Source of the DNA: Candidatus Eiseniibacteriota bacterium
GTDB taxonomy: Bacteria > Joyebacterota > Joyebacteria > Joyebacterales > Joyebacteraceae
Direction of reading: 5' to 3'
Assembly (NCBI GenBank): GCA_043819135.1
Contig: JBDRFG010000013.1
Location: 1 to 56,957 of the forward strand
DNA: 56,957 bases
Shown: one piece after another, positions 1 through 8,609 of the stretch
How the letters are laid out: the number at the start of each line of letters is the position of its first letter
How positions within the stretch are numbered: the first letter of the stretch is position 1
Notes under the pieces: model-generated
The model's database searches: none
What the model saw: only the letters and a program-made list of their open reading frames with translations
What the model was told of the DNA's origin: nothing
Made by a program: the position numbers and the translations under genes

Positions 1-3000
1 CTCCTGTAGGCATCGACCAGCGTCCGCACCACGCGGCCGGACAGGTCGTAGACGCACAGGCTCACGCGGCTGCCAGGAGACGGAACCCGGTACTGGATCG
101 CCGTCGACGGGTTGAACGGGTTCGGGAAGTTCGGGCTCAGATACGGCCTCACCACGGCAGGACCGTCAACGCCCGTGCCGCACTCCGTGTACGTCTCCGT
201 GTGAGTCTCGTCCGTCCACGGCACGTAGTCCACAAGACCGTAGAACAGACTGTCGCCAACGCACGTCCCGCCCCAGTAGTTGTAGTCCGCATCGACCACG
301 CCCGCCGTCAGGTTGAACACCTGGAAGTACGTGTTGTCCATGATGTCGTTCGCATCGGCCAGCGTGCGACCGATCTCGGGACCTGGATCCGCCGTGTTGT
401 AGATGCCGGTGAACGTGTTCAGCTCGATCACGTTACCGGAGAAGAACGGACGCGAGCTGTCGTGCACCGCGACTCCGTTCGAGTTCGACGAGAAGACGTT
501 CGCAGTCAGCGTGGACATGTCCCCGTACCGGAAGTTCGCTCCCGAGTTGGAGTTGACGAACGAGCAGTTCTCCACACGCAGATAGGAACTCCAGCTGTTC
601 AGACCGTACTCAGCCGTGCTCTGGCCGTCGATGGTGAACCCGTCGAGCAGCGTAAGGTCGCTCATCCCGACGGACGTCACCACCGCGCCGCTCCCGGAAC
701 TAATCGTCGTCGTCGCCCGGCCGTCCGAGCTCTTCACGACCACGCCGTTCTTCAGAGTGATGTTCTCGTTGTAGACGCCGGGCGAGACCAGGACCGTGTC
801 TATCACCGACGCCGCGTCTATCGCCGCCTGGATGCTCCCGAAGGGAGAAGGCACGGCAAGCACCGCTCCCGTGCCCACAATGACCATCTCGGAGTACTCG
901 CTCTTCTGCAACTCCGCGTCGATCGCCACCAGACGGTAGAAGTAGATCAAGCTCGGGTTGAGCCCAACGTCCAGGAACGACGTCTCGGGTGTGAACTCGA
1001 CCAGCAGGGCGCCGTCGATCGGAGGCGAGATCGGGTACGTGTCCCTGTAGACCCAGTAGTTCCTGAAGTCGCTCTCGCAGTTGTCGTCCCACGTAAGCTG
1101 GATGTCGCTGCCGACCCACTCCGCCACGATGCCTGACGGCGGTGACGGAGCCGGGTCTACCGAGACATCGAAGGACGGCACCCCGCGCCACCCGGTGTCG
1201 TAGACCGGAAGAACGGAGTACGCGTAGTTGTCGCGCGGGCAATCGCCCGTGTTCATGTCAACGTAGGACGTCTCAGAGGCAGCGACCCAGTCGACAGAAT
1301 CCGGGACGGAGAGCTCGGTGCCGCGCTCGATGACGTAGTGATCGATCGGGCCCACGCCCGCGGTCCACGAGAGCTCGTTCGCGCCCTCGTTGAAGGCCAC
1401 GGCCAGCCCGCTCGGGCCGTCGTAGCACAGCTCGTCCACCACCCTGTTCGACAGCGCTCCCTCGAGCGTGTCCGAGTCGACGGCCGACACCCAGTAGTTG
1501 TGTGTCTCGCAGGGCGGTACGGTGATGTCTGTGAAGACGGTGGTCGGGGCGTCGACGGTGGCGATGGCCGTGAGCGGCACCTGAGTCGAGTCGCGGTACA
1601 CGACGTAGTAGTCGACGTCGACGCGCGCCGCCGGGGGGATGTCCCAGGAAAGCTGGAGAGACGCGCCGTTCTGAGCAACGATGAGATCCTGTGGGCCCTC
1701 GGGGCAGCCGATACCAAGCGCGCCCTGATTGACGCCGCCCTCGCCCACCCCCAGTGTCGGGGAGCTGGCGTGCACCGAAACGTTTCCGGCCCCGGCGTCG
1801 CAGAAGATGGGGTCAACGGATATGTCGTTCGCGCCCGCCGAGCAACCGCTGTAACCGCCGCTCGTGTTGTTCCACACGTCGTTGTAGTCGATCGTCGGCG
1901 TCACGCTCGCACACAAGATGCCGTAGCCACCATTGTCGGCGACGATGCAATTCTTGATTGTGCCCGCGCCGCCGTTGAGTTCGATACCGTCGCCGCTCGC
2001 GTTCGTGGCCACCGTGCAGTTGCGGATTTCGATCGTCGAGATCGTCGAGTAGATTCCATCCGCTCCGTTGTCGTGTATGGCCGTGTATCTGATCTGCACG
2101 CGCGGGTTGTCCGCATCGTTGATGAGGATGCCCGCACCGGAGTTGTCGTAGACCTCGCAGTACTCGATTACGGCGTCCTTGTCCGTGGAGGTGGTGGTCC
2201 CGTAGATGACGCCGATCCCGCGCCAGCAATCGTGAATGCGGCAGTCGCGCACTGCAACGTCACTGTTCTTGATCTGGATGCCGTAGGCAGTGGCGCCGCT
2301 ATTCCTGATCTCAAACCCGTCGATGATCGTGTGGGTGTTGTTCAGACACGTGATGCCGTCGCCCGTTCCGCCCGCGTCGATCACGGTGGGGTACGCGTCG
2401 GGATCACGCGTCGTGAAGGTGGGGTCGTACCCGCCGTAGACGGACAGATAGTCGGTCAGAGTCACCGACCCGCCGTACGTCCCACCCGCTACTTTGATGA
2501 TGTCGCCGCGCTCCGCGTTGTCGACCGCGTTCTGAATGGAGGAGTACTCGTCCGGCACGAGGCGCGTCTTCCGCACGTGAGCGTTGATCGGTCGTCTCGC
2601 GCCCAGGCCGATCCAGCAACTGTTGTATTTGATCCAGAAGAACCCGTTGTCGCCGAAGCCGTTCCCCCAGCTGTTCTTGACCAGCCACGCACCCGCGCCG
2701 TCGCACATGGTGTCGTCCCACCCACAAATGAGCACGTTGTGGTTGACGGCGTCGGTCCCGGCGTGCTCGTAACACCCGCCGGAGTACCCGTAGAAGTCGT
2801 CGTAGACGCACATCCCGACCGAGAGGGGGCCGTAGGTCTGGCAGGCATATTTCAGACTGGAGACGTTGTACGAGATGGTCGCCTGACCGTCGATGATGGC
2901 GACCCGATCGCAGGTGTACTGCCGGCAGTTGGTCCCGTTCTCGGCCCGATACGGATAACAGGATTCGAGCACGCCGCCCGGATCCCGGTGGAGCTGGAAG

Positions 3001-3518
3001 GCGTGGTACGACTGGCCGCCGTCACAATCGGACCCCTGGAAGTTGCAGTCGATGGACTGCTGTTCCGACAGATCGAACGCGACTCCCTCGTTTATGAGGA
3101 TCTGCGCCTCGGTCGACCCACCCGACCCGAACGCCCAGCACGAGCCGCAGGCGCCCTGGTTGTCGGCCGGGGTCACGCCGTTGTAGTCGCGCCAGTCGAA
3201 GGCGTCCCTGAACGTCGCGCCCAGCGCCTCGGGCTCGGGCTCGAGCGCTATGAAGTAGGCGACCTCCCGCTCGGACATGTGACCGCCCAGGCGCCGCTCT
3301 CTTGCCTCCGGAGAGAGGTGCGAGACGGACGTGGGACCGGCGGTCCAGCCGTATCCGTTCGCCTCTATCTCCGCCCGAACGTCGGCGAGCCACGCTTCCT
3401 CTTCCGGCGTGACCTCACGATCGACCGGCGCCTCCGCGGACGCGCCGAGCAGCGGCGCGACAGTCAGCGTCAGGACGAGGGCGGCGAGTGCAACTACGGA
3501 TCGAGTGTTCGAGAGCAT
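1..3518 (-). CDS. Secreted papain-like (C1A) cysteine peptidase with beta-helix regions and a C-terminal FlgD-Ig-like domain (3' end runs off the window)
   Basis: Translated by hand; absent from the ORF track because it has no stop in the window. ATG at 3518 with AGGAG upstream; signal peptide MLSNTRSVVALAALVLTLTVAPLLGASA; FDWRD, NQGACGSCWAF, NHNVLICGW and WLVKNSWG motifs; tail PNFPNPFNPSTAIQY...YDLSGRVVRTLVDAYR. Both ends and the 1136-1338 gap are in one frame. Plus-strand ORFs 201-1136 and 1338-3671 are its antisense shadows. Confidence 0.9.
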   Translation of the reverse strand, partial: MLSNTRSVVALAALVLTLTVAPLLGASAEAPVDREVTPEEEAWLADVRAEIEANGYGWTAGPTSVSHLSPEARERRLGGHMSEREVAYFIALEPEPEALGATFRDAFDWRDYNGVTPADNQGACGSCWAFGSGGSTEAQILINEGVAFDLSEQQSIDCNFQGSDCDGGQSYHAFQLHRDPGGVLESCYPYRAENGTNCRQYTCDRVAIIDGQATISYNVSSLKYACQTYGPLSVGMCVYDDFYGYSGGCYEHAGTDAVNHNVLICGWDDTMCDGAGAWLVKNSWGNGFGDNGFFWIKYNSCWIGLGARRPINAHVRKTRLVPDEYSSIQNAVDNAERGDIIKVAGGTYGGSVTLTDYLSVYGGYDPTFTTRDPDAYPTVIDAGGTGDGITCLNNTHTIIDGFEIRNSGATAYGIQIKNSDVAVRDCRIHDCWRGIGVIYGTTTSTDKDAVIEYCEVYDNSGAGILINDADNPRVQIRYTAIHDNGADGIYSTISTIEIRNCTVATNASGDGIELNGGAGTIKNCIVADNGGYGILCASVTPTIDYNDVWNNTSGGYSGCSAGANDISVDPIFCDAGAGNVSVHASSPTLGVGEGGVNQGALGIGCPEGPQDLIVAQNGASLQLSWDIPPAARVDVDYYVVYRDSTQVPLTAIATVDAPTTVFTDITVPPCETHNYWVSAVDSDTLEGALSNRVVDELCYDGPSGLAVAFNEGANELSWTAGVGPIDHYVIERGTELSVPDSVDWVAASETSYVDMNTGDCPRDNYAYSVLPVYDTGWRGVPSFDVSVDPAPSPPSGIVAEWVGSDIQLTWDDNCESDFRNYWVYRDTYPISPPIDGALLVEFTPETSFLDVGLNPSLIYFYRLVAIDAELQKSEYSEMVIVGTGAVLAVPSPFGSIQAAIDAASVIDTVLVSPGVYNENITLKNGVVVKSSDGRATTTISSGSGAVVTSVGMSDLTLLDGFTIDGQSTAEYGLNSWSSYLRVENCSFVNSNSGANFRYGDMSTLTANVFSSNSNGVAVHDSSRPFFSGNVIELNTFTGIYNTADPGPEIGRTLADANDIMDNTYFQVFNLTAGVVDADYNYWGGTCVGDSLFYGLVDYVPWTDETHTETYTECGTGVDGPAVVRPYLSPNFPNPFNPSTAIQYRVPSPGSRVSLCVYDLSGRVVRTLVDAYR

Positions 3519-3659
3519 CGGGATTCTCCTTGGGTGCCATCAGCCCGGAGCGATTCGGCCAGAGGACGGACGCACCTGTCCGCAGCCGCTCAAGGACAAG
3601 AACCCCCTCCACAGTCCGCGGGGGGGAGCGAGACCGACTCTAAGAGCCTACTATTCACT

Positions 3660-3688
3660 ATTTTAGCATGAATCGGCGCGAAATTCAA
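3660..3688 (-). promoter_or_regulatory. Sigma70-type promoter for the C1A peptidase gene
   Basis: TTGAAT-N17-TAAAAT on the minus strand, with TG upstream of the -10. Confidence 0.6.
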
Positions 3689-3793
3689 GAGGCCGCCGGG
3701 AATGGTCCCGAGCGGCCCCCTCAATGGGCGCAGAGCCTGAATCGGCCGGGCGACGACAGGCGACGTCGAACGCGTCTGCCCGGCGCGCGCGAC

Positions 3794-3950
3794 CTATTTC
3801 AGCATGACCATCTTGCGCTCGATGCTGGTCCCGTCGACCTCGAGACGGTAGAAGTAGACGCCGGAGCCTACCTCGCGCCCGCCGTCGTCAAGACCACGCC
3901 ACACGGCGAGATGCTCTCTCCCCCGCTCCTGTAGGCATCGACCAGCGTCC
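3794..3950 (-). pseudogene. Orphan, frameshifted C-terminal FlgD-Ig fragment
   Basis: Reads TLVDAYRSGGE, then a 2-nt shift in a GA run, then HLAVWRGLDDGGREVGSGVYFYRLEVDGTSIERKMVMLK*. Bases 3926-3950 are identical to bases 1-25. No credible start. Confidence 0.7.
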
Positions 3951-4132
3951 AGACGGGGCACACGCGGCAGGAGCACACACATGCGCGCCCCGGGCGGGAA
4001 AAGCCCGCGCTGCAATCCTTGACAAAAGAAAATAATCGCATTAACCGTACCCGGGTGCAACATGGGTCCCCACGAACCGGACCTCCGCGTCGCCGACGCG
4101 CACGGCCCAGCGAGCGCGCCGCTTCGGCCCGA

Positions 4133-4161
4133 TTGACCGCCGCGTGCGCCGCTGGTAGGCT
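4133..4161 (+). promoter_or_regulatory. Sigma70-type promoter
   Basis: TTGACC-N17-TAGGCT with extended TG; ATG 10 nt past the -10. Confidence 0.5.
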
Positions 4162-4170
4162 ACTGACATT

Positions 4171-5517
4171 ATGATGCGAATGTCCTCTCAGGGTGTCGAC
4201 GTTGCCATAATCGGAGCCGGGCCGGCGGGCTCCAGTGCGGCAATGCCGGTCGCGAAAACCGGACGCAGCGTGCTCATCATCGAGCGCGAGCAAGCTCAGG
4301 ACGTGGGCAGAAAGGTGTGCGGCAACGCCATCGCTGCTGACGGACTCGATCCGGTGTCGGAGCATGTACGTCCGCCGAGTGGTCCGGAGGTCGCCGCCAG
4401 GCTCCAGACCGGGACTCTCTACGTGCACGGTGAGAGCGAGGGAGTGCGCCTTCCGGCGCCCGGCGTCGTGCTCAACCGTCTCGTCTTCGGTCAGCGGCTC
4501 CTCGCGGACGCGCTCGCCGAGGGCGCTCGGCTGGCGGACTCTTGTACGTGCGTCGGCTGGTCGGACCGTGGCGACACGCGCATTCGCGTGCGAAGCGCGG
4601 CCGGCGAGGACAACGATATCCGAGCGCGCGTGGTCATCGATGCTTCCGGATACCGCTCGGTCCTGACGAGAGGCGGCGGTCCGAGCCACGCAGACAGGAC
4701 GACCCGCTCGGAGGTGGGCGTCGGCTACCGGGAGATACTCACGCTACCCGAGCCGATGGACGAGAGCGCGGACGGGTTCGTCGTCTTCTTCCCGGCTGGG
4801 GCGGAGCGCGGATACGCGTGGGTCTTCCCGATGGGTGGAAGGCTGGCCAACGTCGGCATCGGGACGACGCTTGAGAACGTCAAAGGAAACCTCCGCGACG
4901 CGTATCGGACCTTCGTGAGCGGAAGGCCAGAGCTTGCCGGGGCGCAGGTCGTGTCGAGCGGAGCCGGGATGCTCCCACTCAGGCGGCCGCTCGCGAGCGT
5001 CGTCGGCGACGGCTTCATGGCGGCCGGTGACGCGGGGTGCCAGACGAGCCCGATCCACGGCGGCGGAATCGCCCCTGCGATCGCCGCGGGCGTCATGGCG
5101 GGAGAACAGGCGGTCGAGGCGCTTTCGAACGGCGACACCTCCGCCGACTCGCTGTGGGGCTACGGTGTCCGTGTCATGGAGCGCATCGGGAAGTACTACG
5201 GCGCGCATGAGGTGCTCCGGGATCTCGTCTACTCCCTCTCGGGCGAAGAGCTGCTCTTCCTCGCCAGGCGTCTGGCCGCATCCGGACGGATCATAGAGAC
5301 CATACACGAGGGCAGCCTCCTGTCGTCGGTCGGGCAGGGGATCCGTCTCCTCGTCCCCTTCGCGGGCAGGCCGGGCCTGGCAGCGCGGGTCATCAGCGCC
5401 AGCCGCAGAATGGCCGCGGTGCGCGATCACTACGTGGACTACCCCGACTCGCCGGCGAAGCTCGGCTCGTGGCTCGGGCGGGCGGAGTTCCTGAGACGGA
5501 ATGGAGGTGCGGGATGA
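4171..5517 (+). CDS. Geranylgeranyl reductase family FAD-dependent oxidoreductase
   Basis: DVAIIGAGPAGS FAD fold, KVCGNAI, VIDASG, GYAWVFP, GDAGCQTSPIHGGGI. Confidence 0.85.
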   Translation: MMRMSSQGVDVAIIGAGPAGSSAAMPVAKTGRSVLIIEREQAQDVGRKVCGNAIAADGLDPVSEHVRPPSGPEVAARLQTGTLYVHGESEGVRLPAPGVVLNRLVFGQRLLADALAEGARLADSCTCVGWSDRGDTRIRVRSAAGEDNDIRARVVIDASGYRSVLTRGGGPSHADRTTRSEVGVGYREILTLPEPMDESADGFVVFFPAGAERGYAWVFPMGGRLANVGIGTTLENVKGNLRDAYRTFVSGRPELAGAQVVSSGAGMLPLRRPLASVVGDGFMAAGDAGCQTSPIHGGGIAPAIAAGVMAGEQAVEALSNGDTSADSLWGYGVRVMERIGKYYGAHEVLRDLVYSLSGEELLFLARRLAASGRIIETIHEGSLLSSVGQGIRLLVPFAGRPGLAARVISASRRMAAVRDHYVDYPDSPAKLGSWLGRAEFLRRNGGAG

Positions 5518-6782
5518 GCTGCCGGCTTCTTGAGAACGCGACAGGGACCGCGGCCGCGGCGGCCATGGTGGCCGCGCTTCTTATCGCCTCCCCCTCGCTG
5601 GGAGCGGTGAGTTTCGTCGAAGACCTTGGAGACGGCGCCGTTGGCGCGGGCACAATGGAGGACCCGTACCGCGACCTGCAGACGGCCATCGACCTCGCCT
5701 CGGACGGCGACGTGCTGCGCATCCTGCCAGGAACCTACCGCGCGGACGTCACGGAATTCACCGAGGAGCTCTGCGGGAACTGTGAGAACCACCGCACGAC
5801 CGTCCAGGCTACGGTGGGCTTCGTTGTGACGGGAAAGGTGCTGCACCTGGCTGGCGGCGGGCCGTCCGAGACGATCCTCAAGACGGGCTCGGGATACGGC
5901 CTCTACTTCGAGGACAGTCGGGGTTCGGTCGTGACCGGTCTGACGATCACGGGAGGAACGCGCGACCCCGACGGCATGGCCACCGACGCGGGCGTGGTGG
6001 CCAGACGGAGCACCGTCACACTGACGAACCTCGAGATAGTCGACAACACCGACCGCGCGGATGACGTGGTCGTCGGGGTAGGCGGTGTGATGGGTCGCGA
6101 GGGCGCGGAACTCTTCATCACTAACTGCGTGATCCGCAACAACGGGTGGGACGGCGTCGCGCTCTACCGCGGCGCGACCGCGTTCATCGCGGACAACGAC
6201 ATATCAGTCGGCCGTGGCGCCGGTATCGGCGTCACCTGGGACGCGACTGCCACGGTAATCAGAAACCGCGTCTCCGGCTATTGGAAGGGCATCGGCTCCT
6301 TCGGGAGTTCCCGCGTCGTCGCGAGAAACAACGCAGTGTTCGACAACCTGGGTTGGGGAATGGTCGTGACCGGAACGTCCTACATGGAAGCCGCGAACAA
6401 CGTCATCGCGCGGAACGGCAATTGCGGATTCGCGCTCTGGAGCGATGAGGCCACGGGTATCTTCACGAACAACATCGTGACGGCGAACGGATGGCGCGAG
6501 GAGTGGGTCTGCCCACAGGTCGGCGTGTGGATGAACGGCGTGCCGGAAGCGATAGAGATCAGCTACAATGACGTGTGGGGCAACACGGCGGGCGACTACG
6601 GCGACATGGACGAGCTGACAGGCTCCGGCGGCAACATCTCCCTCGACCCCGCTTTCGTCGACAGCTTCGATTTTCGCCTCTCTCCAGAATCGCCCTGCCT
6701 GGATGCAGGGAACCCGCTCTTCACAGACCCGGACGGCGGACCCGCCGACATGGGTATCTACGGGGGTCCGGCGGCGAGGTAA
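5514..6782 (+). CDS. Secreted right-handed parallel beta-helix protein
   Basis: ATGA overlap with the upstream stop; signal peptide; GTMEDPYRDLQTAID start; repeated I..N.I..N...G units; DFRLSPESPCLDAG...DMGIYGG end. Confidence 0.8.
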   Translation: MSCRLLENATGTAAAAAMVAALLIASPSLGAVSFVEDLGDGAVGAGTMEDPYRDLQTAIDLASDGDVLRILPGTYRADVTEFTEELCGNCENHRTTVQATVGFVVTGKVLHLAGGGPSETILKTGSGYGLYFEDSRGSVVTGLTITGGTRDPDGMATDAGVVARRSTVTLTNLEIVDNTDRADDVVVGVGGVMGREGAELFITNCVIRNNGWDGVALYRGATAFIADNDISVGRGAGIGVTWDATATVIRNRVSGYWKGIGSFGSSRVVARNNAVFDNLGWGMVVTGTSYMEAANNVIARNGNCGFALWSDEATGIFTNNIVTANGWREEWVCPQVGVWMNGVPEAIEISYNDVWGNTAGDYGDMDELTGSGGNISLDPAFVDSFDFRLSPESPCLDAGNPLFTDPDGGPADMGIYGGPAAR

Positions 6783-6909
6783 TGGAGGAGACGAACATGA
6801 GAGCGCTATCGGACACCCGCCTGGTCTGGTTCGTCCTCCCGGCCGCGCCGCATCCCCGGATCCCTCTGCGCGAGCACGGTATAGACACCTTCCGGCAGTC
6901 TTCTCAAGG

Positions 6910-8178
6910 CTACTCCGACGGCCGCCCGGACCCGGAGCGCTCCCCGGCCTGACGCCTCGCGTCCTCCCCTATCGTCTTCCACTTGAATCTCAGTTCGCGG
7001 AAGCGATCTCCGCGGATGACCTCGAGATCCGTGGGCTGCACGGGGAATCCGTCACGGCTCGCCAGCGACGTATAGTTGAAGGCGCAGTAGTAGTCGGGCA
7101 CGCGGTGCGGGTCCGTGTTGTCCTCGGCGAAGCCGATGGAGACCGGGCAGGTTACGCAGGCGGCGAAGAACCGGCAGTCGGCGCACGTGCGATAGGAGGA
7201 GTACTTCTTCTCCTTCTCGGCAATGATGGAAAGGCGCTCGACGTCGCCGGCGAACGCGGCCATGCGCGCCGCGAGGCCTGGATCGGCTGCGCGCCCGAGG
7301 GTCAACGCGGGGCGGCAAACGCGCAGGAGCGGCGAGCCGAACGCCTGTATCGATGGGGCGAACAGCGTGCACCCGGAGACGGTCCCGTCCACGTCGACGG
7401 CCCATGAGTTGCTATCGACGATCTCACACATGGCCCGGCTCGTCACCGGCGGGCCGGAAAGATGGCCCTTGCCCGCGTAGAGCAGCAGGGGAACATCGCC
7501 GGTCCGCTCCAAGTGCTTGAGAGAAGATTCGAGAATGCGGTCGAACTGCGACTCAAGCTCCCGGTGGCAGTCTTCGTCCCAACCCGAGCTCGGCGTCATG
7601 ACGGGCGTCAGGTCGATCTCACCCACACCCTTTCCCAACAGATAGTCGACGGAATCTCCAAGGAACGGCACGGCGCGTGGTGACACGGTAACGCTGATCT
7701 CAACGGCCCGCCTGAAGTAGTCCGGGTGTCGCGTTCTCAGTGAGTCGAGCACGCGGTCGAGCGTCCTGAATGTGTCTTCGCCACGGAAGTCCTGTGCCTC
7801 ACGCACGCCGTCGAAACTCAGGAGGATCTTGAACTCGTGAGCCGCGAGGAAGTCCGCTATGTCTTCAGTGATGAGTGTACCGTTTGTGACGATCCAGTAC
7901 TTGATGCGTTCGTCGCGCCTGCGCGCGCACTCGATGTAGTCGACCGTTCTGCGCATTAGTGCGAACTCGAGAAGTGGCTCCCCGCCGTAGAAGGTGAGTT
8001 CCGTTCCGCCTCCGTGCGCGGACAGGGCGAGGTCGGCGGCGGCCCGGGCGACGGGCCACTCCATGCTTCGCGGCTCCCGCACGCTCTGATAGCAGTAGCT
8101 GCAGTTCATGTTGCAGCGCGTGGTCAGTATGAGGGTCAGGCGCGATGACCGGCCGCGGTTCTCCATCGTGGGGTCCAT
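6910..8178 (-). CDS. Radical SAM/SPASM domain protein (peptide or protein maturase type)
   Basis: CNMNCSYC, FYGGEPLL, TNGTL, LSFDG; SPASM cysteines MC...DGTVSGC and CADCRFFAACVTC...YYC; no N-terminal RRE-sized extension. Confidence 0.9.
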   Translation of the reverse strand: MDPTMENRGRSSRLTLILTTRCNMNCSYCYQSVREPRSMEWPVARAAADLALSAHGGGTELTFYGGEPLLEFALMRRTVDYIECARRRDERIKYWIVTNGTLITEDIADFLAAHEFKILLSFDGVREAQDFRGEDTFRTLDRVLDSLRTRHPDYFRRAVEISVTVSPRAVPFLGDSVDYLLGKGVGEIDLTPVMTPSSGWDEDCHRELESQFDRILESSLKHLERTGDVPLLLYAGKGHLSGPPVTSRAMCEIVDSNSWAVDVDGTVSGCTLFAPSIQAFGSPLLRVCRPALTLGRAADPGLAARMAAFAGDVERLSIIAEKEKKYSSYRTCADCRFFAACVTCPVSIGFAEDNTDPHRVPDYYCAFNYTSLASRDGFPVQPTDLEVIRGDRFRELRFKWKTIGEDARRQAGERSGSGRPSE

Positions 8179-8195
8179 TCCGAGGCAGCGCGTTT

Positions 8196-8243
8196 CAGGT
8201 CAGGGAGTGCGGCCCCCGGTGCAGAGAGGCCGCACTCGACCTG
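8196..8243 (-). terminator. Intergenic stem-loop between the 110-aa gene and the rSAM gene
   Basis: GAGTGCGGCC (8205-8214) pairs with GGCCGCACTC (8228-8237), extended by CAGGTC/GACCTG across a 3-nt bulge; no U-tract on the minus strand. Confidence 0.55.
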
Positions 8244-8254
8244 TTTGAGAGAGG

Positions 8255-8587
8255 TCAGGCGTTCGTGCTCTCGTCCGAGGGAGGCCACGCTCCGGCATCG
8301 AGCGGAGTCGCCGGGTCGTAACCGCCGAGCTTCGACTCGACATCGCGCACCCAGTCCCTGAGACCCTCAACGGTCTCGATCAGACCCGCGACGGTGAACC
8401 TCTCCTTGATCGCAGTTGCGCACACGCTGCCCGAGACAATGGGCACCGAACAGACTGCGGTCTTGCCGGGCGTGTTGTCGATCTCGATATCCGGGTCGCA
8501 CTGATTCAGTTTCTCCGCGATGCCGTTGAGTGAGTTGACGACCCCGCTGAGATCGGTGGTAAAATCGCCGATTGTGAATGCAGACAT
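8255..8587 (-). CDS. 110-aa protein with an internal repeat; candidate rSAM substrate or precursor
   Basis: Strong AGGAGGTG RBS; lies between the kinase and the rSAM gene on the same strand; residues 4-37 and 64-97 align; two central Cys. Confidence 0.8.
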   Translation of the reverse strand: MSAFTIGDFTTDLSGVVNSLNGIAEKLNQCDPDIEIDNTPGKTAVCSVPIVSGSVCATAIKERFTVAGLIETVEGLRDWVRDVESKLGGYDPATPLDAGAWPPSDESTNA

Positions 8588-8609
8588 CGAGCACCTCCTG
8601 TCTGTGGAC

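Noticed and set aside
3632..3657. Third possible copy of the ECF motif (TGAATA-N16-GGTC)
   Set aside because: Spacing and -10 box differ, and it abuts a good sigma70 promoter.
201..3671. Long plus-strand ORFs 201-1136 and 1338-3671, and similar ones such as 20785-22182, 29918-31732, 38331-40148, 42094-43641 and 54196-55467
   Set aside because: They are in-register antisense shadows of clear minus-strand genes in high-GC DNA, with no recognisable motifs.
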